Numbered from the stretch's first letter, positions 1 through 7,691 are shown. The stretch: 20,000 nucleotides of DNA from an uncultured virus (IMG/VR IMGVR_UViG_3300037297_000328) (IMGVR_UViG_3300037297_000328), one strand, 5' to 3'. The notes: a model not told the origin generated them from the letters alone. A program made the numbers and translations.

Positions 1-345
1 AAGTGGAAACATCGGGTTGTGCATATTGCACGAAAGTTCCCATGGTTAATAAGATTGCTTAATTTTAAATACTCTTATTGCGAAAAATGCGGGTTAACAT
101 GGAATTGGGTTGAGCCTTTTGTTGTGGAAACTGGTAAATATTTTGGCGTTTTTGCAGTATGCGAACATTGCTTTAAAAAGTCGACAATTGAACAGCTAAA
201 AGAATATTATACTTCTATTTACTTAATGCAAAAAAAGGCTATGGCTCAAATTGGCTATAATGATCCTTACTTTTCATTAAAGCATTTATTAAACTGTGTG
301 GAAGATTCTTATAATGAAATTAATAATCTAAGTTCTAATAACTAG
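1..345 (+). CDS. Hypothetical Zn-finger protein, probably 5'-truncated by the window
   Basis: The frame is open from base 1 (KWKHRV-VHIARK...). It has two CxxC pairs (CEKC, CEHC) and stops at TAG 343-345. Confidence 0.7.
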   Translation, partial: KWKHRVVHIARKFPWLIRLLNFKYSYCEKCGLTWNWVEPFVVETGKYFGVFAVCEHCFKKSTIEQLKEYYTSIYLMQKKAMAQIGYNDPYFSLKHLLNCVEDSYNEINNLSSNN

Positions 346-360
346 TTTCTAATATCTAAT
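328..360 (+). repeat. Heptamer-periodic junction repeat, copy 1 (ctaagtt-ctaataa-ctagttt-ctaatat-ctaat)
   Basis: Near-identical to 549-581. It overlaps the stop codon of the preceding ORF. Confidence 0.8.
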
Positions 361-371
361 ACAAGACAAAA

Positions 372-566
372 ATACCAAGAAGAATAAGACAAGACTTGAT
401 TTCCGAAACAGAATCAAATATTGATGTTGCGATTGCAGGCGTGGAATTACTTGGTGCCAATGAAAAATTAACCGAGGCTATAATGTTGTTATCTAAAGCC
501 AGGGAAATTGTGTCAGATTATATTGATGGTCAAATAAATGAATGTGAACTAAGTTCTAATAACTAA
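372..566 (+). pseudogene. Small helical phage-type ORF lacking a clean ATG (IPRRIRQDLISETESNIDVAIAGVELLGANEKLTEAIMLLSKAREIVSDYIDG...LSSNN)
   Basis: The frame is open 360-566 and ends TAA. The only plausible N-terminal start is TTG at 396. Upstream 'ata caa gac aaa a ata cca' looks like a decayed start plus a 1-nt slip. Not in the ORF track. Confidence 0.5.
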
Positions 567-581
567 TTTCTAAGTTCTAAT
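549..581 (+). repeat. Heptamer-periodic junction repeat, copy 2
   Basis: ctaagttctaataactaatttctaagttctaat. It gives the same C-terminus (LSSNN*) as the previous ORF. Confidence 0.8.
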
Positions 582-596
582 ATATAAATAAAATAC

Positions 597-1430
597 ATGG
601 AAAACAGGAACATAAACAACCAAACAAAGTACATAATTGCAGTGCATAATAAATTTGATAAATATGCTATTCAAACTTCAATCGAAGAGGCTAACAATTA
701 TTTAGAGCGCTTCCCCGAAAGAAAGGCAATAATTGTGTCCGGCATATATCGCAATGATGATATTGCTAAAGAAAAATACACGCAATCAATGGCCGCAAGA
801 AATAAAGGCAAACTAAAATTAATGACATTTGAAGGAACACCGCACGAAGATGTATTAAGTACAATTTTGCTTGGTTTTAAAAATGGGTTGATAATTATTC
901 ATGAAATGCAATTTAATGAAACATTTCTGGAAAAATTAATTAATTATCACGAAAAAAACATTGATGTAATTATTCATCGCAATAAAATGCTGTTCAGTAT
1001 GGCCGAAGTAGCTTACTTCAATCAACAGTCGCGTATTATTCAGCAATTTGTTGATCGCGGAGAAAATTATATTATGCCCCGCCGTATTATTGTTCGCATG
1101 CACAACGACAATGATTTTGCGATTAACAAGGAGGGACTAATACGCTACATGCAGGAGTTTGGAGAAAAAATTGGATACAAATTATTCCTTTGTCAGTTTA
1201 TTTTGCTTAAAAAAAGGCATGGATTAAGACGGGAACTGGAAAGGGTTTGTGCAGTTGAGAATGAAAAATTTGAAGATTTTATCGATCCTTATTTTTTTGA
1301 GAAAGAAACAGCAAATTACGTATATTTCGAAATGGCATCAATGGATATTATTGCAAATGCTGATATTGACTTAATAAAAGAAAGCGAAAAAGATTTAATA
1401 AGAATATTACAAGAAAACGAGGAGGTATAA
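597..1430 (+). CDS. Degenerate (Walker A-less) paralog of the adjacent packaging ATPase
   Basis: Colinear blocks shared with 1430..2362: TILLGFKNGLIIIHEM/TIADYYKNGLLILEEM, NIDVIIH/GVDVILH, VRMHNDND/LRLHKAND, NYVYFEM/YMVYCDF. No GxxxxGKT motif. Confidence 0.7.
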   Translation: MENRNINNQTKYIIAVHNKFDKYAIQTSIEEANNYLERFPERKAIIVSGIYRNDDIAKEKYTQSMAARNKGKLKLMTFEGTPHEDVLSTILLGFKNGLIIIHEMQFNETFLEKLINYHEKNIDVIIHRNKMLFSMAEVAYFNQQSRIIQQFVDRGENYIMPRRIIVRMHNDNDFAINKEGLIRYMQEFGEKIGYKLFLCQFILLKKRHGLRRELERVCAVENEKFEDFIDPYFFEKETANYVYFEMASMDIIANADIDLIKESEKDLIRILQENEEV

Positions 1431-2362
1431 TGGCATCCAGGGACGCACTGGCACAAATAGTCGTAGGCAAGCAGGGTTCTGGTAAAACTTACTCTACTAA
1501 TGAAGAGATTGCTATTTATCGAGGTAAATTTAAGAGGCCGGTACTGATCATCGATAGGAAAGGTGAATATACTAATTACAAATCAGTATATTATGACCCT
1601 GATGTAAAAGACCGCGAGAAAAGAGCTAAAGGGAATCCTAATAGCGGGCATGGGATTAAATCCATTCACTTGCCACATATTTACCGCATTGTTTGTTTCG
1701 ATAAAAACCAGCGACCAATGGATGCAAACCAGATGGTTGAATTGATTTTAACTATTGCCGACTATTATAAAAACGGTCTGCTAATTCTCGAAGAAATGAA
1801 TAGCTACATACGTCGTACTATTCCTCCGGCTTTTTATGCATTTCTTACCACATTGCGGCACAATGGCGTAGATGTAATACTCCATTTTCAGGCCAACGGC
1901 GACGCACACCCTGATATCTGGAGTCAATGCACTACATTACGTCTACACAAAGCAAATGATAGTGTAACATCAATAGTTGGTAAGCGCGGTTTTGATGCCG
2001 ACCGCTTTGAATTGGCACGTATAGCTGAACTGGCTATTTATGAAAAATACCAGAAAGGGGTAAAATTAAAAAAAGCTGCAATGCTAAAGTACGGGCATGA
2101 AGAAAATTTCCCAAAAGAGGTAAAAGAAGAAATAAACAGGCATATTTATTACATGGTTTATTGCGATTTCGATCTAAGCCAGATAAGTAATATGCACCCA
2201 GTTGATTTTAGGAAAGCATGTACAATATTTTTATACCAGGAAAAAACGCAGATAAAAGATTTGATGCAGATTGAAGATGAACATGGGCGAAAGATTTACC
2301 CAAATAAAAATGCTGCGATTCAAAAATTAGTTAGCGATAAAGAACTGGTTTACATTAATTGA
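1430..2362 (+). CDS. A32-like (FtsK-HerA superfamily) genome-packaging ATPase
   Basis: Walker A GKQGSGKT near the N-terminus, VLIIDRKGEY strand, Walker B LLILEE, and Arg-finger/sensor LRHNGVDVILHFQ. No TM segment. Start overlaps the upstream stop (TAATG). Confidence 0.85.
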   Translation: MASRDALAQIVVGKQGSGKTYSTNEEIAIYRGKFKRPVLIIDRKGEYTNYKSVYYDPDVKDREKRAKGNPNSGHGIKSIHLPHIYRIVCFDKNQRPMDANQMVELILTIADYYKNGLLILEEMNSYIRRTIPPAFYAFLTTLRHNGVDVILHFQANGDAHPDIWSQCTTLRLHKANDSVTSIVGKRGFDADRFELARIAELAIYEKYQKGVKLKKAAMLKYGHEENFPKEVKEEINRHIYYMVYCDFDLSQISNMHPVDFRKACTIFLYQEKTQIKDLMQIEDEHGRKIYPNKNAAIQKLVSDKELVYIN

Positions 2363-2373
2363 GCAAAAAAACG

Positions 2374-2381
2374 TATCTTTG
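2374..2381 (+). promoter_or_regulatory. Bacteroidota-type -7 promoter element (TAnnTTTG)
   Basis: TATCTTTG in the intergenic gap, 5 nt before ATG 2387. Confidence 0.55.
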
Positions 2382-2386
2382 TAGAA

Positions 2387-2620
2387 ATGAAAAAGAAAAA
2401 ACCATCTTTAGGATTAACAAAAAAACAGCGAAGTGCCATTGTGAAAAAGGCACGTGCAAAAAAGGACTTAGGAAAGCCTGGCAAGGATTTTAAGAAAGTG
2501 GAGACAAAAGCGTATACCTATTACCGAAAGAAAGGAAAAAGTCCGGCAACGGCCAGAAAAATAGCTAAAAAAGTGGCTGCAAGTCAGTTTTGGAAAACGC
2601 AGGCAAAAAATAAAAGATAA
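2387..2620 (+). CDS. Small, extremely Lys/Arg-rich protein; candidate DNA-condensing/core protein
   Basis: 77 aa dominated by K, R and A, with only three acidic residues. Confidence 0.65.
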   Translation: MKKKKPSLGLTKKQRSAIVKKARAKKDLGKPGKDFKKVETKAYTYYRKKGKSPATARKIAKKVAASQFWKTQAKNKR

Positions 2621-2898
2621 TGGCACAAGGAATACAAGTAAATAACAGTGGAGAAACAGATATTTTTTATATAGAAAGAAAAAAAAGAGAACTATATCAA
2701 TATCGTGAAAGACATAGTAATTCTGATATAAAAATGGTTGTTTCAACTGTTGAAAATAAGCACCTAGCAGATAAAGGGATAATAAATAGAATTAAAAAAA
2801 TACCCGTTAATGGTAAGGGACGGAATATAAGTAACCTAGGAAAGCTTATATTCCGAATGGCCCGAAAAATAATAATAGCTCTAAGAATTAGATTCTAA
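2620..2898 (+). CDS. Hypothetical basic protein
   Basis: ATG overlaps the upstream TAA. 92 aa, no recognised motif. Confidence 0.55.
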   Translation: MAQGIQVNNSGETDIFYIERKKRELYQYRERHSNSDIKMVVSTVENKHLADKGIINRIKKIPVNGKGRNISNLGKLIFRMARKIIIALRIRF

Positions 2899-2951
2899 TT
2901 TCAGGGTTTTAATTTCTAAAAAAATACCGGAATACAGGAAAGTTTTAATAA

Positions 2952-2991
2952 AGTATTGAGATATTTGTCTAATAGCTTATATCTCAATACT
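2952..2991. promoter_or_regulatory. 13-bp perfect inverted repeat upstream of the protease gene
   Basis: agtattgagatat (2952-2964) and atatctcaatact (2979-2991), with a 14-nt loop, ending 16 nt before ATG 3008. Confidence 0.55.
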
Positions 2992-3007
2992 AAATACTTA
3001 TTTAAAT

Positions 3008-3859
3008 ATGGAAGAATTTAATAAGATTAAACAAAACACTGGAACATTCCTGTTGAATATGAAAAAATCTCCGTTGGATGACAGGGATTTTAAAGCTGAA
3101 ACTATCTATCCGGATCAGGTAGAGCTCCCAAAGAAACTTGACCTAAGACCTTATCTATACCCTGTGGTTAATCAGGGTGTTCAGGGTACGTGTAGTGCAC
3201 AAGTAGCAGCCTGTATGAAAGAATACCAGGAATATAAGTTACAGAAATTAACGGGCATTGAAGGTGATATGTCGCCTCAGTTTGTATACAATTTGCGCGA
3301 AGAGCCAGATTACGAAGGCATGACGCCGCGCGAAACAATGAAAATTTTGCAACAATATGGTATTTGCCGTGAAGCCATATATCCTTATAATACTATTGAA
3401 TACCCAATGTATATTTCGCAGGATGCCTATGCCGATGCACTTACTTTTCGTATTCAAAATTATGCACAAATCAATACAATTGATGCACTGAAAAAAGCAT
3501 TAGTAAAGGATGGTGTATGTTATATTTGTTTTCCAGTGTATAACTCAGGTATGCAAATGTGGAAGGCCGCACAGGGAGATATAGATATGGGTGGCCATGC
3601 GATGGCTGTAGTAGGCTATGATGACGACAAAGAACATTTTATCATTCGCAACTCATGGGGCGAAGATTGGGGTGATAATGGCTATACCTATTATCCGTAT
3701 GAAGATTTTGGGGCGCATTGGGAAATATGGGGTAGTGTGGACAAAGAGAGCGCATGGCCGGAATTTGATGTGAGTGAATATAAACAGCCTATTAAGGCAA
3801 GTCATTTACTTTGGATAGGTGCGGCAATATTGTTAATATATGTTTATGCAACTAAGTAA
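3008..3859 (+). CDS. Papain-like (peptidase C1) cysteine protease with C-terminal membrane anchor
   Basis: LPKKLDLR, NQGVQGTC (oxyanion Q and catalytic C), GGHAMAVVGYDD (H), IIRNSWGEDWGDNGY (N). C-terminal hydrophobic LLWIGAAILLIYVYATK. Confidence 0.92.
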   Translation: MEEFNKIKQNTGTFLLNMKKSPLDDRDFKAETIYPDQVELPKKLDLRPYLYPVVNQGVQGTCSAQVAACMKEYQEYKLQKLTGIEGDMSPQFVYNLREEPDYEGMTPRETMKILQQYGICREAIYPYNTIEYPMYISQDAYADALTFRIQNYAQINTIDALKKALVKDGVCYICFPVYNSGMQMWKAAQGDIDMGGHAMAVVGYDDDKEHFIIRNSWGEDWGDNGYTYYPYEDFGAHWEIWGSVDKESAWPEFDVSEYKQPIKASHLLWIGAAILLIYVYATK

Positions 3860-3874
3860 AGAGCAAAACAAATC

Positions 3875-4063
3875 GTGTTGGCAGTTATTTATTTTATAAT
3901 TGCCCTGGTTTATTCTTTATTTTTGGCATACGTGGCTGATAAAATAAAGCATTACGAGTCAACTGAATTCGTTATTATCACATTTGCCATCCTTGTTTCA
4001 GCTTTTTTTATTATATTTGCATTAGTCGCGATTGGAAAATGTTTTTTTAGAATAGATGATTAA
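3875..4063 (+). CDS. Small two-TM membrane protein
   Basis: Two hydrophobic helices separated by KIKHYES. GTG start. Confidence 0.55.
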   Translation: MLAVIYFIIALVYSLFLAYVADKIKHYESTEFVIITFAILVSAFFIIFALVAIGKCFFRIDD

Positions 4064-4098
4064 AGAAATTATAAATTATAGATTATAAATTAAAAATC

Positions 4099-4329
4099 AT
4101 GAAAAAAGTAAAGAAAACTACAAAATACTTAGTATCAAGAACTGTTTTTTCAGACTATGAATTAAAACTAATTTCCGATAAAGGAATTAAACTTAAAAAA
4201 AGAAACAATAGATATTATGTTACGGTGAAACCTAAATTTACGGGCAATTTTAATTCTGTAGACGTTTTAGTTGTAGGTTATCCTACAATGACGAAAACTC
4301 TAAATACTGGATACTTAAAGTCTTACTAA
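4099..4329 (+). CDS. Hypothetical basic protein
   Basis: ATG after an A-rich leader. 76 aa. Confidence 0.6.
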   Translation: MKKVKKTTKYLVSRTVFSDYELKLISDKGIKLKKRNNRYYVTVKPKFTGNFNSVDVLVVGYPTMTKTLNTGYLKSY

Positions 4330-4340
4330 TTTCTAAATAC

Positions 4341-4606
4341 ATGCCACTATTCGTTTCGAAAACTGCGGTACCATTGATAATACCGCACTAGGTTTTTACT
4401 GGTGCCGTAAAAGCATTCGTTTTAAAAGCAAACAACTGGATGGAAAGGCATTGTGTTCTGAATGTGTTCCACCTGAATTTTACGATGGAAGCAAGAACGA
4501 TGGAGGAAAATGGCATAACAAGTTTCCCAAAGAAAAATTTGATATAAAAAAGCACGATACAAACGATTATATTAATATTAATCAAAAAGGCGAGATAATA
4601 CATTGA
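4341..4606 (+). pseudogene. Frameshifted Zn-finger phage-type protein (MPLFV[C]ENCGTIDNTALGFYW...ALCSECVP...GKWHNKFPKE)
   Basis: ATG 4341 reads MPLFV. Restoring one base at 4356-4357 (tc to tgc) gives CENC and a continuous frame to TGA 4604-4606 with a second CxxC (CSEC). Confidence 0.7.
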
Positions 4607-4789
4607 AAAATACCAGGACATATCAGAACTTAATCAGTCGTCTTGGAATTGTTTATTGGAGCAATTCTACATGGGAAATAGTTGATATCAATGTAAAAGA
4701 AGAATAATTTATATTAGGAGTATTATATAAGCACATTGAGATAAGGTCAATGTTTCATATTTTACAGTCAAATAATTAAATAGGAATAC

Positions 4790-5014
4790 ATGGTATTAAA
4801 AACTAAATACAACATTGGCGATAAGATATGGTTTGTATCGCACAATATGGTAAATTCAGGACGTATTGATGCGGTAAGTGCTTCAGTAATTAAGAGGATA
4901 TCAGGGGTTTCATCTCGTGTATTTTATCGTATAGAAGGCACGCTTGTTGAAATAGATGAAAAATATGCATTTGAATCGAAAGAGGATTTGAAAAACGCCT
5001 TATTTTCTGAATAA
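4790..5014 (+). CDS. Small hypothetical phage protein (TKYNIGDKIWF; SH3/KOW-like pattern)
   Basis: 74 aa with a beta-rich pattern. Translationally coupled to the next gene. Confidence 0.65.
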   Translation: MVLKTKYNIGDKIWFVSHNMVNSGRIDAVSASVIKRISGVSSRVFYRIEGTLVEIDEKYAFESKEDLKNALFSE

Positions 5015-5709
5015 TGAAAAAAGTCCTGATAGCAACTCCAACCAGTACAAACAAAGACTATATTTTCCTTGACTGGTTTATCCATACCAGCAATTTTACT
5101 TATCCGAATAAAGAAATAATTATCTGCGATAATTCCCATGATATTACTTATCATGAGAAATTAAAAGCAATGGGTGTAAATTGCCTGTATGTGGCACCAA
5201 AAAGCCGGCGATCTCATGATTACATTACCGAGAGCCAAAACGTGCTCAGGGATTATTTTTTAAAAGGCAATTACGATTATTTTTTTTCATTAGAGGTCGA
5301 TATTTTTCCTCCGCGCAATATAATTGAGAAACTATTAACTGCAAATAAAAAGATAGTGGCGGCTCCTTATTTTTGGAATTTCGGAAAACAAAGCCAGGTG
5401 TTGTTGGTTTATTTCAGGCAAACCGGCGAAAAAGAATTTATTACCCATGAACCCGATTTTGCTGAAACCCTGCAGTTCTTCGATGGTAATGTAAATCAAA
5501 TTTACGAAAATGGTATTGGTTGCACATTAATTTCCCGGGAAATAATCGAAAAAATACCCTTTCGTGTTGAGTCCGGGAAACCTGGTTATTCTGATACTTA
5601 TTTTTATATCGATTTATTTAAGCTAGGATATAAAAACTGGATGGATACCAGCGTATTTTGTAAGCATTACAATAGCGATTGGGGCGGAATTATTGATAAT
5701 TATGTATAA
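5014..5709 (+). CDS. GT-A fold (GT2-like) glycosyltransferase
   Basis: N-terminal VLIATPT strand, IIICDNS, DYFFSLEVD (DxD-equivalent), GIGCTLISR, SDTYFY and C-terminal CKHY. Confidence 0.8.
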   Translation: MKKVLIATPTSTNKDYIFLDWFIHTSNFTYPNKEIIICDNSHDITYHEKLKAMGVNCLYVAPKSRRSHDYITESQNVLRDYFLKGNYDYFFSLEVDIFPPRNIIEKLLTANKKIVAAPYFWNFGKQSQVLLVYFRQTGEKEFITHEPDFAETLQFFDGNVNQIYENGIGCTLISREIIEKIPFRVESGKPGYSDTYFYIDLFKLGYKNWMDTSVFCKHYNSDWGGIIDNYV

Positions 5710-5907
5710 CGTATGGTGGTATGGATTAAAATTTTAACGGATTAGAAATATGGAATTTATAGAATACTTTAAAGAACGAGAAAAAGACCTAATAAAAGCA
5801 GTTGGTGAAAAAGAATGGGAAGATAACAAGGTATATTATGTAGAAGAAATAATTGAAATAGTAAACGAATGGCAATTAAAATTTTTACCTATATCACGTG
5901 TTAGCAA
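5704..5907 (+). other. attC-like imperfect inverted repeat with a long loop containing an ORF start
   Basis: Left arm GTATAAC...ggattaaaattttaa. Right arm ttaaaatttttacc...GTTAGCAA. The left arm overlaps the GT stop codon. Confidence 0.4.
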
Positions 5908-6007
5908 TTTGTTGTGTGGCTTTTTCGGGCCTAAAAATGACAGTAGTTCAGCAACAATATGTAAGCATTGTGGAAGAGAAAAATGGATGCACCCAAAAGT
6001 CACATAA
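5750..6007 (+). CDS. Small bipartite protein: acidic helical N-half plus C-terminal Cys/His module
   Basis: C...CKHC...H module starts right after the GTTAGC (V-S) site. Confidence 0.65.
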   Translation: MEFIEYFKEREKDLIKAVGEKEWEDNKVYYVEEIIEIVNEWQLKFLPISRVSNLLCGFFGPKNDSSSATICKHCGREKWMHPKVT

Positions 6008-6015
6008 TTGTTGCT

Positions 6016-6047
6016 AACGCTGAGCTAAACAGCGTTTTAATGCTGTT
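6016..6047 (+). repeat. 32-bp hairpin-containing direct repeat, copy 1
   Basis: aacgctgagctaaacagcgttttaatgctgtt, with stem aacagc/gctgtt. One mismatch to 6691-6722. Confidence 0.85.
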
Positions 6048-6205
6048 TAAGGTATGAAAAGGATATATTAAATTTCAAGCAAGCAATCAAAGAAGTTAAA
6101 AGTGAGTGGGGTAAATTTTTGAATTTAAGCTAACGACTTTATTTATCTTATTTTCAACTACTTGCGATTTATTTCAAATAATCTTGAAAAAAAAACGATT
6201 AAATG

Positions 6206-6235
6206 TATTTTATATTAAAATAATGTTTATATTTG
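6206..6235 (+). promoter_or_regulatory. Bacteroidota-type promoter (-7 TATATTTG, 6228-6235) with an upstream palindrome (candidate operator)
   Basis: TAnnTTTG match. tatttta-tat-taaaata at 6206-6222. A-rich leader to ATG 6278. Confidence 0.6.
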
Positions 6236-6277
6236 TAGAGTCAAAAGCAATAAAGCAAAAACTTAAAAATTTTAAAA

Positions 6278-6508
6278 ATGGGAAAAATATTAACTTATGA
6301 TAAAGCTCGAAAAAGTGGCACAAAAATTATTGGTAAAAACACTAAAAAGTACCACGCTAAATTTATTGAAAGTACTAAAAATGGACAGGTTAGTATTTGG
6401 AAAATTAAAGGTGGTTATGCTGTTACAAGATTTTCAGATAGTTTTTCAACTATTTACAAAACAATTAGAGGTTGTAAAATGACTAAATTGTGGCAATTGC
6501 ATAAATAA
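6278..6508 (+). CDS. Hypothetical basic protein
   Basis: ATG after promoter and A-rich leader. 76 aa. Confidence 0.6.
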   Translation: MGKILTYDKARKSGTKIIGKNTKKYHAKFIESTKNGQVSIWKIKGGYAVTRFSDSFSTIYKTIRGCKMTKLWQLHK

Positions 6509-6509
6509 A

Positions 6510-6680
6510 ATGAAAAATACTCACGGAGGTAAAAGAAAAAACGTAGGAAGAAAACCTGTAATTGATAAAAAGTTACAGGTTTCTTTTTACATAGAACAAT
6601 CCAAGATTGAGAGATTTGGAGGATTGAAAGAATTTAAGGCTAAAATTATTGCTCACATCAATAAAGTTGCTGCGAAGTAA
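6510..6680 (+). CDS. Small putative DNA-binding protein (GGKRKNVGRKP motif, RHH-like remainder)
   Basis: MKNTHGGKRKNVGRKPVIDKKLQVSFYIEQSKIERFGGLKEFKAKIIAHINKVAAK*, 56 aa. Below the ORF-track cutoff. Confidence 0.7.
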   Translation: MKNTHGGKRKNVGRKPVIDKKLQVSFYIEQSKIERFGGLKEFKAKIIAHINKVAAK

Positions 6681-6690
6681 TATAGTGAAT

Positions 6691-6722
6691 AACACTGAGC
6701 TAAACAGCGTTTTAATGCTGTT
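6691..6722 (+). repeat. 32-bp hairpin-containing direct repeat, copy 2
   Basis: aacactgagctaaacagcgttttaatgctgtt. Confidence 0.85.
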
Positions 6723-6748
6723 ATATTTTGGTTTTTAAAATTTCAGCG

Positions 6749-7006
6749 ATGGCAAAAGAACAGCAAAAAATAAAAGCGTTTGTAACTGAATGGACAGATA
6801 AAACAGTTACATACAACTGCTTTGAAATAGGACAAACAAGATTCTCAGATTTGAAACCATTGTTTGATGGGATGAAATTATTTAAAGGGAAAAATATTTG
6901 GTTTGAAACCGAAATAATACCAGGAATAATGACAATAAAAAACAACGAAAGCAAGAAAAACCGTTTTATTCAGCTTTGGAATTACTACGTGCATGGGAAA
7001 TTTTAA
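6749..7006 (+). CDS. Hypothetical protein
   Basis: In-frame ATG at 6749 (MAKEQQK...) preferred over TTG 6728. Confidence 0.55.
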   Translation: MAKEQQKIKAFVTEWTDKTVTYNCFEIGQTRFSDLKPLFDGMKLFKGKNIWFETEIIPGIMTIKNNESKKNRFIQLWNYYVHGKF

Positions 7007-7038
7007 AAACTTTAATTGTTATAATTAATCAAAAAACA

Positions 7039-7524
7039 ATGAGAACACCAAAAAAGATAGATTTTAATTTATTAAAGCAGGAAGCCGAAACCCAAATAGG
7101 TGAGCTGGAGAAGCTAATAGAAGAAACCCAGAACGAAATAAAAGAACTTTCGGCAAAAGAAGAGCTTACCGCCGATGAACGAAAGTTTCTTAATTTTATT
7201 AAAAATGAAGTTATTGAGCACGGGAAAAGCCTTCGTGCAAAAAAGATGCTATATGATGAATACCTTATTTGTTCTCAGGAACAAGAAATTCTTGATCAGA
7301 GGGAAAGAATTGAATGCCGTAAAAATTTTAAGTTTGTTTATCGGCAGGCTTTAAAATTGAAAAAAGATTTTGATATTCTTCCTGCTCTTCGTGCGCATTT
7401 ATCCAAAGTCTTAAAAGAATACAAAGATAGTTTTTCTCCTGAGGAAAAAACTTTATATTATATGAGTTTGAAAAGAGAGGTGAAAATATGTACCGAATAT
7501 AAAAAGAATACAGTGAAACGATAA
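7039..7524 (+). CDS. Hypothetical coiled-coil/helical protein
   Basis: ATG 7039 after an A-rich leader. E/K/L heptads (EAETQIGELEKLIEETQNEIKEL). Confidence 0.7.
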   Translation: MRTPKKIDFNLLKQEAETQIGELEKLIEETQNEIKELSAKEELTADERKFLNFIKNEVIEHGKSLRAKKMLYDEYLICSQEQEILDQRERIECRKNFKFVYRQALKLKKDFDILPALRAHLSKVLKEYKDSFSPEEKTLYYMSLKREVKICTEYKKNTVKR

Positions 7525-7576
7525 AATCATTGACATTATAAAATAACTTAGTTACAATATCTCATTGTAATAGCTG

Positions 7577-7613
7577 TAATCCCTGACATTTTTTGTCAGG
7601 GATTATTGTTTTT
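7577..7613 (+). terminator. Intrinsic terminator
   Basis: 12-bp perfect stem taatccctgaca/tgtcagggatta, followed by ttgttttt. Confidence 0.75.
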
Positions 7614-7691
7614 ATACTTGTATAATTATATAGAACTTAGTAGTTGATTTTTTAAAGCACAAGAGGGAGCCAGTAAATTAAATTCAAAACA

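Noticed and set aside
1430..2362. ATPase as inovirus Zot/pI or conjugative VirB4/VirD4
   Set aside because: It has no TM segment and is too short for VirB4/VirD4. No T4SS or relaxase genes are present, and the >12-kb structural block exceeds inovirus organisation. Not formally excluded without a phylogeny.
6297..6482. Alternative-frame 61-aa ORF (also 13506..13748)
   Set aside because: Both are nested in better-supported genes that have proper leaders.
7525..7690. Promoter or dif-like site upstream of the capsid unit
   Set aside because: Only partial matches (TTGACA at 7530, TAACTTAG at 7544) lie upstream of the terminator hairpin. There is no clean TAnnTTTG after it, so none is called.
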